Shown here: positions 13,901 through 26,585 of the stretch, one piece after another
How the letters are laid out: each line of letters begins with the position of its first letter
How positions within the stretch are numbered: the stretch's first letter is position 1
DNA from: Takakia lepidozioides
Lineage: Eukaryota; Plantae; Bryophyta
Reading direction: 5' to 3'
Assembly (NCBI GenBank): GCA_030704615.1
Contig: CM060733.1
Span: 39,928,001 to 39,992,000, forward strand
DNA: 64,000 bases
Notes under the pieces: generated by a model
What the model saw: only the letters and a program-made list of their open reading frames with translations
Told to the model about the DNA's origin: nothing
The model's database searches: none
Position numbers and translations under genes: made by a program

Positions 13901-16900
13901 GATGAAATGCAACCACGGCATGACGGCGACGCCAAGCATTGTTCTGATGGGATATCAGTTTGGTCTGCTGGACTGTTGGTCTGTAAGGATACAAGTCTGG
14001 TGTGGCGCGAGTCTGTTCTTCACTGGACTACTGGGCCGTCACTGCCTGCCGAATTCCGAAGTGTCTTCTCTCGTCAGTGTGGTGAACCGTCGGTCAGCTG
14101 GAAGTCCGTCTCTTCGGATATAAGTCCGTTTAACTACTACCTTTTAATTATCCGCATTGTCGTGAGTCTGCTGAGCCGTCGGACTGCTGGTCTGTCAGTC
14201 AGCTGGACTGTCACAAAGTCAGTCTACTATGGCGCAAGTCTGTTTGCGCTGGGTCTGTTGAGCCGTCATTATGATCAGTCTGCTGGACCTATTAATGCAA
14301 CAACGGCGGGAAGGGGCGCCAATGATCTCGCGCCGCGTCCGAACTCGGACTGAAAGTGCGGTTTACGGTTTACTCCCGTATCACCCAGTCGCCTAGGGGA
14401 TACTTTGTCTTTTGGGATATTAGTCTGTTAGAAATCAGTTTGTTGTCGCGCAAATTACACTGCGCTAGTCTCTTCATCAATCTGTTGAACCTTCCGTCTG
14501 CTGGACTATCCGTGCAGTGGCATACGAGTCTGTTGTTGCGCAAGTTTGTTTGCAGTGGGTCTGTTCGGCCGTTATGTCATTAGGTTTCAGTCTGCTGGAC
14601 GCAATAAATGCAGCGACGGTGGTAAGGAAGCCCAGTCACGTCGCGGCACGTCATCAGACTCCGCACCAAACTCCACACTCGCCTTAGTCTCTTCGTCAGT
14701 CCGCTTAACCTTAGTCGTCAGTCTATCCTTGCGGTGGCATATGAGTCTGTTGTCGAGGGTACTGGGTCTGCTCGACCGTCTTTGTCATTAGGAGTAAGTC
14801 TGTTGGACTTAATGAATGCGACGACGGCAGACTGACGATAGTCCCACTCATCCAGTCTGTTGGACTGTCCGTGCAGTGGCATACGAGTCTGTCCGGGCAG
14901 TGGCATATCGCCAGCACGTGTGAGGGGTCTGCAACTATTTAATGCGATGGCGGCCAAAAAGGGGCGCCATTGAAATCTCGCCACATCACTCCGCGCATGC
15001 AGGGTTATACCTGTTCTCCACTTCCCGCTGGACTTCTTTCGCACTGTTTCGTTTAGGGCCCGTCCACCTCCCATTTGTGCGAGCCCGCTTTCCTTTGTGC
15101 GTGTTAGCTTTTCGAGGCGCAGACAGTCGCGTGAGCACCGAATCGTCTCAACAACCGTCGCCTCCGCAACACGCCCGGTGAGCTTTTCTCTTTGTGCTTT
15201 GTACTTTGGTTTCTTTCCATTCTCTTTTTCGCTCTTCTCTGCTTTCTTATTCTTAGTCTGTCTGTCGCTCATTGCAGCTGCATCTCTTGTCTGATTCGAC
15301 AGCCATGGAGGATGCTTGTGCAAAGGGTGGAGCAGACTGGTTGCATTTCATGCACAAGTCCAGGCTAAAGGAGCGAAGGTACTGGTACTCACCCGAGGAG
15401 TATGATGCGAAAATAGTCGAAGCATTCTTAGACCTCCGCGCAATCAAGCCTGGAGACTCCAACTGGCAGAATGATAAGCTCCATTGTCCCTTCTGTAGTG
15501 AAATTATCAAGGACAAAGTGCAGCTAAACCGCCATTGTATTTAACACGGGTTGCAAAAACAAGCGTTATATCCCACCTGGCTTCAAGCCGTGGCCAGTTC
15601 AAAGTTCAAAGAGGGTGGTGAATGCGGCCACCGCCAGACTCCGTGGCGCAAACCCAAAGGCCCGCACTTTGGCGGGTGCGCGCACGGTATGGGGTGGGTT
15701 CTACTGTTTCAATGCAAGATGTGCATGACCTGACATCGCCATCACCTATGGCTCCCAGAAAAAAGAAACTTAGTGATGGGGCCTAGAAGAAGGAAAGAGA
15801 AAAGGCTGCAAGGTCTGCTCGGGAGGCGAGGGAAAAATCTCAACAGCAGACTCGTCCCCAAGGCAGTCGGGAAGTGTCACGGGCTATGCCAAGGAGACAG
15901 TCTATGCAGCAGACGCAGACCATCAGTACTTCAAGTGAGAGTCAGTCTGCTGAGCCGTCTGCAGACATCATTCGGAATGATGAATTCGCAAGTCTGGGAG
16001 GTGTCTCATCTCCCGTCGACATTGTCTTGCCTGACCAGTTGAGGGTTCACGTGGACGAAGTCCAGTCGAAAGAGACTACCAGTGGAGTCTGTCCTGGCAC
16101 ATTGCGCCTCATACCATTTGGGCTTCTCCCATCGGTGTGCCCACCAGTGGACGATCCAAACTTCTTCCATTTTTTCTATAGTTTCGCCCAGTCCGGACAG
16201 CTCAACAGAACCATCCAAGCAGCGGAGGAAAATTGGTTGAGCTCCCTTGAAGATGAGGAGGACGTCTGTGTCGACGACGACGACGAGGTAATGCCCAGTT
16301 TGTCCCCACAATTGGTAGTTGTTGCGTCAGTCTGCTGCGTCACCTCCTACAGTCCACTGTGCGCAGGTGTCTGTTGTCATAGAGTCTACTGGTTCAGTCT
16401 ACTATATGTGCGCAGGTGTCTCTTGTCGTTGAGTCTGCTCGTGAGTCCGCTGGAGTCTGCTGGTTCCTTTGTTTTGTGCCACGATGCTCGTGAGTCTGTT
16501 CGTGAGTCTGATCATAGTTGGTAGTCTACCTGCTCGGTCTGCTGCGTCAGTCTGCTTGTGGACTTGCTGGTCAGTCCCATGCTTGTGGACTTGCTCGTCA
16601 GTCCCTGGAGTCCACTGGTTCCTTTGTTCTGTGTCACGATGCTGGTGAGTCTACTCGTGAGTCTGCTGCTAGTGAGTCCGATGCTGAGTTTTTGGATTTT
16701 TTGTCATATATCAGGATGAACGAGCCAATATTCGGGAGGCCTTGTGTGCTTGGCGGACGGTGAGCTCCGACCCTCCTTTAGCAGTGAATGCGGTGCGCCA
16801 GGAAGTGGAGCGGGAGTGGGAGTACATCTTGTTTAAGTACCCTGGCTCAGCAAACGCCATAGCAGCACTGGACTCTACAGACAAAGTACGCGCCAACTCC

Positions 16901-18959
16901 CCAGTCAACACCATACTCACTGCAGACTCGGTGGACACAGAGCTCACCCAATCTGGCATCCAGCAGACTCTTGCCCAACAGACTCTTTCACACCAGACTC
17001 TTTCCCACCAGACTCACAGTCAGCACAGTCTTGTCCAGCACACTCCCATGTACCAGACTTTCGTCCAACATACTCCCATCCAGCAGACTATTATTCAGGA
17101 GACTCCCAACTAGCAGACTGCCACCCAGAAGACGCCCATCCACCACAGTGTTGTCCAGCGGACTCCCAGCCAGCAGACTCCCATTGTTACGACCACCACG
17201 GGACTTTTTGGAGTTTGGCGCTCGTCATTGCCGCTCATTGATCCCGAAGCTGTGGACCTGACACTTGCCCGTCTGAGGGTGGGGGAAGTCAATGCCAATG
17301 TGGATTGGTATAATGAGCTCCATCGCATTGTCACGGACGGCCGGTGGCCTTTTGTTCCCTTTCATTATTCCATGGAATTTACTATGGCAGAAGAGTCCTC
17401 GAAAGCGCACATATGGTTGCCTTGGCAGCCACGAAGGTCCAAAATGCCCCGCCACTGCTTGTCCAATTAATCCTCATGGATGACCCACGGCCTCAGGAAC
17501 TTAGACATATGCCCATGGCACATCCTACCTTTGGGGTGCAGGAAAAGCACTTGCTTGGAATTACTGAAGAGTACTTTGATCGCATTGCTAATTCTTTCAT
17601 TCACCATCGATGGATGCAGTTCGGCAATTTCCGTTCATACAGTAAATTGGTAAAGGACCTGCAAAGTTTGAGGAAGTATTTGTTTCATTCAGATTCGGAT
17701 GCGGGTAAGAAGAGTGTTGTGGATGAGGCGTTGCAATGGTTTGCTGCGGTAATGGAGCGAGCAGTGTTCGATATTGTGTTGAGCAGACCGGATGTGTTCA
17801 AAGTCCTTTGGTGCGGCTCCCCATTTGAAAACCGCATGCTAGCGATTCACCATCTCGATGGAGCATGCTTGGGACACCAAATCCAAGATATTGGTCTCAT
17901 TGGCAACCTCATAGAAGGTAATGCCGACTTCTTCTGGACTGTTGTGAAGTTCATGGTCTTTCCTTCCACCATCCTGTCAGACTCACTTTGTCCAACTCAT
18001 CTGTTTCAGGAATGTCCGATTTAGACGAGCACGTGCAGTGTGCTTTCGATTCCCTTGCCAGAGGTGCACGAGATGTTGTGATGGCGTTACAGGGACTCCA
18101 TGACACCGTTCAGCAGACTGCTGACGACGCCATTGCTTAGTAGACTGACCCACTGCAACAAAAAGAGCATGGACAAACTGTCAACACTATCCCTGCCACT
18201 ATTCAGGAGAGTGGGCACACTACAAGCCACACCGAGGACGAGGAGACTCATGAGCAGACCGGCGAGCAGACTGAAGGACTGCCTCTGCACCAGACCGTGC
18301 AGCATACCGATGACGTCGCTATCAAGCAGACCGTCCAGCATACCAATGAGCAGACCGGGCTATAGACGGATGACCTGGCTGTGCACCAGCAGACTGTGCA
18401 GCATACCATTGACCAGACCATCCAGCAGACTGAAAGCAGTCACCACAATGACAGTGCCCTACAGACTGTCCAGCAGATTCACGACCACACTGACTCGGAG
18501 GACCCAACTACACCTCATGTCCACCAGTCCGAATCCTGGCTCGTTGAACAGAGTCGGCTGCACTGGCCTCAACGGGACCCTGTCTCTGAATTTCTGCGGA
18601 GTTCTATCAGTGCATTGACGGAGTCTTCTTTTTCCGCCAGGCCATCTTCACATATTGGCGCATCGTTTGAGGATATAAGCTGGGCACCAGTAAACCATTT
18701 TTCTCCAGTGGCCCATGGCCTGCCATCTATTTCCATTCAGCTCAGCCTGGTTTTGGTTCGTTCACTTGCGAAAGCTCTAGATGATTCTTACGTGACCGAC
18801 CGCAATATGGGAACTCAACCCTGTATCATTGACCTTACTGAAGAACTAGACGATGTAGTTGCCGTGGATAATTTAGATGTCGGCGGTAGTCAAGGTTTTT
18901 CTGCATCAGACCCTGAAAACACAGTTGACTTGCAAGTTGATAGATTGATCTCATCCCTG

Positions 18960-19400
18960 CAAGTGCAGACCAACCACGAGAGTGACCACCAGGCTGAATA
19001 GCAGACTGATCAAAGCAAAAAGTAGACTAAGCACCAGACTGACCAGACTGAGGACAGTGAGCAGCAGACTGACGCTGAACATGGTCCTCTGAGGGAGGGC
19101 CAACATGTCGTTCCCCCCGCCCACGAGAGTGTCCACCAGACTCGACAACAGACTGACCAGAGCGGCGAGCAGACTGAGCACCAGATTGGCCAGACTGAGG
19201 ACACTGAGCAGCAGACTGATGCCGAACATGGACAGACTAAGGGCCAACATGTCGTTCCCCCCGCACACAAGAGTGTCCACCAGACTCGATAGCAGACTGA
19301 CCAGAGCGGCGAGTAGACTGAGCACCAGGCTAACCAGACTGAGGATACTGAGCAGCAGACTGACGATAACATTGGAAGACTGAGGGCCAACATGCCGCGC
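18960..19400 (+). repeat. ~144-bp tandem repeat, three copies, CAGACT-rich
   Basis: gggccaacatg recurs at 19097, 19241 and 19384. Confidence 0.85.
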
Positions 19401-20995
19401 ACACAGAGTCTGTCATAATGCCCCTGGCTATAGCAGGACCGGACTTGGGCGTTCAAGCAAGGGAGCAGTCTGCCTAGCCGCTTCCTTCCAATGATGCCGT
19501 ACAGGTTGTGCCCTGCCGTCTTCCACCTCCGTGATTTCAGATTTATGTTCAATTTCTGTGTATTGACAGGATCTATTGTACCTACAGGACTTGAGGACAC
19601 CGTTTCCCTCCCAGGCAATTCCACAACCCGCCAATGTTGCTCACGTTGGCTCCACAACCAGAAAAAGTGGCTAACTTACAACGCCAACAGATGCACGGAT
19701 TAGTTCAACGCATGCGACCCGTAGGCTGCCAATACAGGTCCTGCAAGTGTGAACAAGCCTGCAGACACAGTCGTGTTGCGATGCAGGACCGCATCGCTTC
19801 GTCAGTCTGCTAAATCAAACCCGGCCGCAGTAGTCGCCGAATCCCTGGGCACAAGTAGAGCGAATAAGCGGACTGTCGTGGAGCAGACTCAGGAAGTTCG
19901 GGAGGGTCATGTTGCCAAGAAACCTGCGAAGAAAGGCAAGTCCGTTGTCTTCATGAACAAGGACCGCAAAATGACATTGGATATGGACAAGGAAGTGGTT
20001 CTTCAGCAACAAATGCACCAATGAGTAGTCCTCCCAGTCTGCTGAGTCTGGTCACTCCAGTCTGCTCAGAAGTGTGAGTCTGCTCAGTCCGCTCGGTCTG
20101 GTGAGTCTGGCGAGTCCGCTCAGTCCGCTCAGTCCGCTCGGTATGGGCAGTCTGTTGAATGGAGTCAGTCCGCTCAGACCGTTGCGTACATGGGTTTTCA
20201 CACAAGGCCGTGGTCCGTGTGCAGGTTGGGTTCTCGTTTTGCCGCGGCCCTCCGACGGAATGTCGCGGCCGGCAATTGCATGGTTCACTTTTATGAAGGC
20301 GACCCCCGGTATGAGTGCTCCATCGGGCCTCCGGACTTGAAACCACTTGAGACGGTGGAGTCGGAGTGCACAGATAGAATGTTGGAGCTGTGGTGTCGTT
20401 TCTATGAGAAAACGGTTGAGGAGAAGTACTCAAGTACTATTGCTCTTCTGCCAGCCTCAACATGGTCTCGTATGATGACACATTGGGACGGGCCACGGGA
20501 AAGGCTAGTGGAGTATCTGCATTCTTGTTGGAGCGTCCCTCGGCTCGGCAAAGACATAAAAGACTGCCATCATATAATCGTTCCGATTGTGGAGGAGTAA
20601 GATCTCGCATACCCAGTCTGTTCTGTCGGGTCAATCTTTTGAATGACGTCACTACTTTAACACCTGCCTCCCCAGGGGGTGCACTCTTCATAAAAAGACC
20701 ATATCACGTACGTACATTAGTCAATAAAAAAATACCCCTGTATATAGGTTACTTCATGAATTTCTCATATGTATACATGTATTTTAAAATTTATTAAACC
20801 CCCTAAAGTATTTATATAAAGAAATATTTTAATGGATAACAACACCCTGCTGTATGTATTCATGTGTTGATTCAGAATATAATAAACCCTTTATTTATGT
20901 ATAATTTTTTAATACAAAATTGTGACAAATTTTTTACATCAGATTTAAAAAATATTTAAAATAACTTGTATAACAAATAAAAATTAGTTTCAAAT

Positions 20996-23603
20996 TTATT
21001 TTCCATTGATAAAATTGTTAAAAACTGTTCTATCATTTGGATCGAGCTTATACCTATTAGAGGCTGCATCATACTTTAAAAAAGCTAATGCTATGATAGA
21101 CTCTAGATCAACCATCATATTGTCCGTCAAATCATAGGAGTAAAATGATCCTTTCACTTTTTGGTACCAAGCTAAACCTATTTCTACATTGGAAGGCCGA
21201 ATCAACAAATCAATTGGATCCTTATACTCAATTCGTCGATTATTGACTTTTCAACGCATTTTCTGAACCCTACCCAAATACCAAACACCTTTTGTTGATG
21301 CTCTAGTGGTTTTTGCTGGTCTACCTCTCCTATTTCCAACCGGGGCTTGGTTGGCGACGGTATCAACAAAAAAAAAACGGCACAATCAGATCATAATCCT
21401 AACATTGTTTTTGGATTAATGTGGCTGGAATTTTTCTCTTTGCAAAGTGAAATTCTACTTCGAACTCGTGTTAACCTATCTTTGGAAAGAGTGAGGTTGC
21501 CATTTAATTGGCTAACCAAGGTACTCTTGAAAATAGCCTTTCCATCGACTGTGACAAATGAAATGATAGGTGATTTCTCATCTTTTTCCTCTCCTTCTTG
21601 CTCATCAATAAGGGCATCCAAGGTATGCCGAAATTCGCTTTGAACAATAATATCCTCTGTATGCACCTGCAAAGGGTCCGAAATATCCTCCATTGCACTT
21701 AAAGAAAGATCCTGCATAGTTTCAGGTTCGACATGGGTTTCTCCATCAACTTCCGAACAAAGACCATCAAGAACAATGTCACCATCCTCATGCATTTGAA
21801 AAGCTGAACCTCTATTTTCTTTGGCTGGATATTCCATGGCTGATTCCACCTTCAGATCTGGTCACATCACTTGGTTTCATTCCCAAGCTGCTACATAGGT
21901 CTTGGGCTTCAAGAAAACCAGATTTCAAAGCCTCAACAATGCAATAATCTGACTGAACAGAAGAGAAATCACCAAGGACAGCAAGAGGGATTGAGTTATC
22001 TTTCTCCAACGTGAACCTGTTTCTTGTGTGCTCTCGCAAACCTTGGCCCCTTTGGCTTTGTCTCAAACTCTGAAATTCGTGTTAGTGCACCGCAGCCATC
22101 ATACGTCCTCTCATTTCGCAACATGCCTCCAACTTTGCTGAAAAAAATCTCACAAACATCAAATCCGACAATGCTCAAAGGAACTTGCAAGTGGCTGAAC
22201 TTATCTTTGAAGAGCTTGATGAGGAGAACCACATAATGACATGAAACTTGCAAGTCCAAGTAGGCCTCCCTGCTGATGAAGTAAGCTTTCAGATTGTAGA
22301 GTGCATGATGATGTATCCATAGCTTCCATAATCTGAAAAAGAACGATACTTTGGCTGCGGATCGTACCCTTCCACCCAAAGATAGATGAGGAGAAAGAAA
22401 AATATCTATGTAGCATGAAACAACATGTAGATATATTTCAGTCCTTTTAGTCCTCTCCCTACGATGGTTACGACTTGATTGCAACTCCTTCAAGCATGCT
22501 TGCACTTTGCGAGAAGCTATGCATTGAGCTGCCCCCCAATTTTGCCGGTCTTCCCTCTTGACATCACCTTCTTGGAGTCCATGTTTATCACTTGAAAACG
22601 TTTGATAAATCAAAAGCACATGGTTCAAGGTTGCAAGCTCCTCCCCCAAGACTAGTTGTCGTGAAGGGTTGTCCAATGGATTCACCAACTTCTTGCCATT
22701 GTGAATGAAGTCTTGGTCGTGTAGCCCATAGATATCTCCATCATTCCCCAACACCTTTGCTGAAAATAACCAGCCTTCTTAAGGGTTGAAGAACCTTTTT
22801 CCAGCCCCATTGTCATAGTCCTCCAACATTAGCTTCATCCTTCGACTATCACCATCTGAAGCATGACCAATTATTGGTCCAACTACCCCTCGCACATGTT
22901 TATTCCACAACACCCTCACTTTCTTCCATTGACGCCTCACGAACTCACTATCAAACCTATTGCATGTAAGTTGCACAACTACAACCAATCGAGGCAAACT
23001 AACATGCAAAGGATTTGCTATCAACACTCTAGCATAATGAGCTATCGTGTTGTTCTTGAAAACATCTACAATCTTGCCAAAAGCTCCTTCACCCTCTCAT
23101 ATTTCAACTACAAAATCTGACATACAAGCATGATGTTCTCCAACCCCGCAAAATCCCAAAAGAATATCATCCCGAGCAACCCATCTAACCAATCGTTTCA
23201 CCACAGTCTCATCTTCAGCAATCATGACAGGGACAGTTCCCAATGGAAGGGCCATACTTTCCATTGCATGTCGATATATTTCAGCAACATGTTGAAACAC
23301 ATCAGGCCTTTCACCCACCCTATATGTCATTGCTTTCCTCAAGGACCGCTTTGTAGTTTCAAGTGCGGGACCACCCAAATTGGTTGCCAAAAAATGAAAC
23401 AATCTTGGACCACCCCAAAGCTGAATAGTTTCAAACATAATCTTTGTGCTATCGCTATACCTCTTCCCTTTTCTAGATCTGCCCATGTTCTTGCCAATGT
23501 CCACAAGAAAATCCCATAAACTCTCTCTCCATTCAAAATTCCCCGACCTATGCGCATGCATAATGTCCCGACAGAATTTGTGAACATCTCCCCTTCCAAT
23601 AGC
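20996..23603 (-). pseudogene. P-element/THAP9-like DDE transposase, N-terminally truncated
   Basis: Collinear motifs [29 protein letters not shown] (D-x2-H), EDRQNWGAA and GFDVCEIFFSKVGG. In-frame stops at 23097 and 22779; frameshifts near 22010 and 21840. Confidence 0.72.
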
Positions 23604-23803
23604 CTCGTACATCTTTTTCACTGCATCCTTGATCTTCTTCTTGTCAGCCCGCACATCCACAAAGAACACCAACGTGTTGTTGTCCACAATCTTCCTCATG
23701 GAAGACTCTGTCGTTAGGGGATACTTGAGGACCTCATAATGATGAAGCTTGTTCCTGGCAGGGGGCTGAGGCGAGGATACTTGGGCGTACGGCCTCTCTT
23801 CAC
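23604..23803 (-). pseudogene. RPL23A: Captured fragment of 60S ribosomal protein L23a (uL23)
   Basis: [51 protein letters not shown] is near-identical to plant RPL23a. Upstream [12 protein letters not shown] lies in an adjacent frame. Confidence 0.92.
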
Positions 23804-23804
23804 C

Positions 23805-26585
23805 TAATTCAATATGCATCTCAGGGCCAAGTCTGATGAGAGGGTAAAACAAAGACCTCTTGTGTGTGCAGCTTGTGTCTGCAGCGTTCAGAATGACATC
23901 TGGTAATCTGAATAGCATTCACCTTTTTGCCAACGTTGTTCCACCGTTGACTGGGGTCAGAAAAGTATTTATACCACAGCTTCTCCTCATCTCTGTTACC
24001 TATTTAATTTGGATACTTTCCTGTTGTCACATAGGCTGTATCATGTCAAAGTCACTCCAAACTACCAAAGTACCAGCTAACATACAGAATTCAACATGGA
24101 AATTTAGGGCAGATTCTGATAAGAGGGGAAAACAGGGTGAAATGTGTAAAGAAGGTGTCTTCTCCTCATCCATGTTATCTGTTTTTGGTTACTTTCCTGC
24201 TGCCACACTAGCAGTAACTTATCAAAGTCTCTCCTAACCACCACAGATCCACCCAACGAACTAACTTCCAGAATTCAATATGCATCTCAGGGCCGAGTCT
24301 GCAGCATTCAGAATGACATCTGGTAATCTGCAGGCATTCACCTTTTTGCCTCGTTTGTCCCACCATTGGTTGGGGTCAGAAAAGAATTCACCCCACAGCT
24401 TCTCCTCATCTCTGTTTACCTGTTTTTGGATATTCTCCTATGTCACATTGGCAGTATCATGTCAAAGTTACTCCAAACTACCAAAGGTTCACTCAATCAG
24501 CTAACTTGCAAAATTCAACATGGAAATGTAGGGCAGATTCTGATAAGAGGGGAAAACATGGTGAAAGCGTTGAAGAAGGTATCTTCTCCTCGTCCATGTT
24601 ATCTGTTTTTGGATACTTTCCTGCTTCCAGCAGTAACTTGTCAAAGTCACTCCTAACCACCACGGATCCACCCAACGAGCTAACTTACAGAGTTCAATAC
24701 ACATCTCAAGGTCGAGTCTGATGAGAGGGTAAAACAGGCAGAAATAGGTTGAAGAACAAGATGCACTCATCACATTGTCCTTGACCTTGTGTCATGACCC
24801 ATGGAGGATTTCACCGAACATCAACCCTAAAGAACCTCTTGTGTGTGTAGTTTGTGTCTGCAGCCTTCAGAATGACATGTGGTAATCTACAGGCATTCAC
24901 CTTTTTGCCTCGTTTGTCCCACAATTGGCTAGGGTCAGAAAAGTATTCATCCCACAGCTTCTCCTCATCTCTGTTTACCTGTTTTTTGATACTTTCCTGT
25001 GTCACATTGGCAGTATCATGTCAAAGTCACTCCAAACTACCAAAGGTTCACTCAATCAGCTAACTTGCAGAATTCAACATGGAAATGTAGGGCAGATTTT
25101 GATAAGCGGGGAAAACAGGGTGAAATGTGTTGAAGAAGGTGCTTCTCCTACCCTATGTGATCTGTTTTTGGATACTTTCCTGCTGCCACATCAGCAGTAA
25201 CTTGTCAAAGTCACTCCTAACCACCACGGATCCACCCAACGAGCTAACTTACAGAGTTCAATACACATCTCAAGGTCGAGTCTGATGAGAGGGTAAAACA
25301 GGCAGAAATAGGTTGAAGAACAAGATGCACTCATCACATTGTCCTTGACCTTGTGTCATGACCCATGGAGGATTTCACCGAACATCAACCCTAAAGAACC
25401 TCTTGTGTGTGTAGTTTGTGTCTGCAGCCTTCAGAATGACATGTGGTAATCTACAGGCATTCACCTTTTTGCCTCGTTTGTCCCACAATTGGCTAGGGTC
25501 AGAAAAGTATTCATCCCACAGCTTCTCCTCATCTCTGTTTACCTGTTTTTTGATACTTTCCTGTGTCACATTGGCAGTATCATGTCAAAGTCACTCCAAA
25601 CTACCAAAGGTTCACTCAATCAGCTAACTTGCAGAATTCAACATGGAAATGTAGGGCAGATTTTGATAAGCGGGGAAAACAGGGTGAAATGTGTTGAAGA
25701 AGGTGCTTCTCCTACCCTATGTGATCTGTTTTTGGATACTTTCCTGCTGCCACATCAGCAGTAACTTGTCAAAGTCACTCCTAACCACCACGGATCCACC
25801 CAGCGAGCTAACTTACAGAGTTCAATACGCATCTCAAGGCCGAGTCTGATGAGAGGGTAAAACAGGCAGAAATAGGTTGAAGAAGAACATGCACTCACCA
25901 CATTGTCCTTGACCTTGTGTCATGACCCATGGAGGATTTCACCGAACATCAACCTTAAAGAACCTCTTGTGTGTGCAGCTTGTGCCTGAAGCCTTCAGAA
26001 TGACATCTGGTAATCTGTAGGGATTCACCTTTTTGCCTTGTTTGTCCCACCATTGGCTGGGGTCGTTCATCCCACAGCTTCTCCTCATCTTTGTTTACCT
26101 GTTTTTGGATACTTTCCTATGTCACATTGGCAGTATCATTTCAAAGTCACTCCAAACTACCAAAGGTTCACTCAACCAGCAGCCTTGCAGAATTCAACAT
26201 AGAAATGTCGGGCCGATTCTGATAAGAGGGGAAAACAAAGTGAAATGTGTTGAAGAAGGTGCCTTCTCCTCAACTATGTTATCTGTTTTTGGATACTTTC
26301 CTGCTGTCCCATGGCAATAACTTGTCAAAGTCACTCCTAACCACCACAGATCCACCCAACGAGCTAAAGTATAGAATTCAATATGCATCTCAGGGCCGAG
26401 TTTGATGAGAGGGGAAAACAGGCAGAAATAGGTCAAAGAAGCTACTGCCCTCACCACGTTGTTCTTGACCTTGTGTCATGACCCATGGAGGATTTGACCG
26501 ACCATCAACCCAAAAGGACCTCTAGTGTGTGCTGCTTGTGTCTGTAGTCAGGTATTGTCGGATTTCTCTATGAGAACCACCACAG
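23805..26585 (-). repeat. Tandem array of ~5.5 units (~560 bp), each encoding a decayed OSB-type PDF motif
   Basis: cagcttctcctcatct recurs at ~23977, 24396, 24955, 25519 and 26075. Two units give identical ORFs at a 564-bp offset. Translation: DEEKLWDEYFSDPSQLWDKRGKKVN...P[D/H]...VD.R.NPPWVMTQ. Each unit has an internal ~190-bp sub-duplication. Confidence 0.88.

Noticed and set aside
23604-23803. Functional RPL23A gene or retrocopy
   Set aside because: Only an internal fragment with a frameshift; it has no poly(A) and I see no evidence of intron loss, so the capture route cannot be called.
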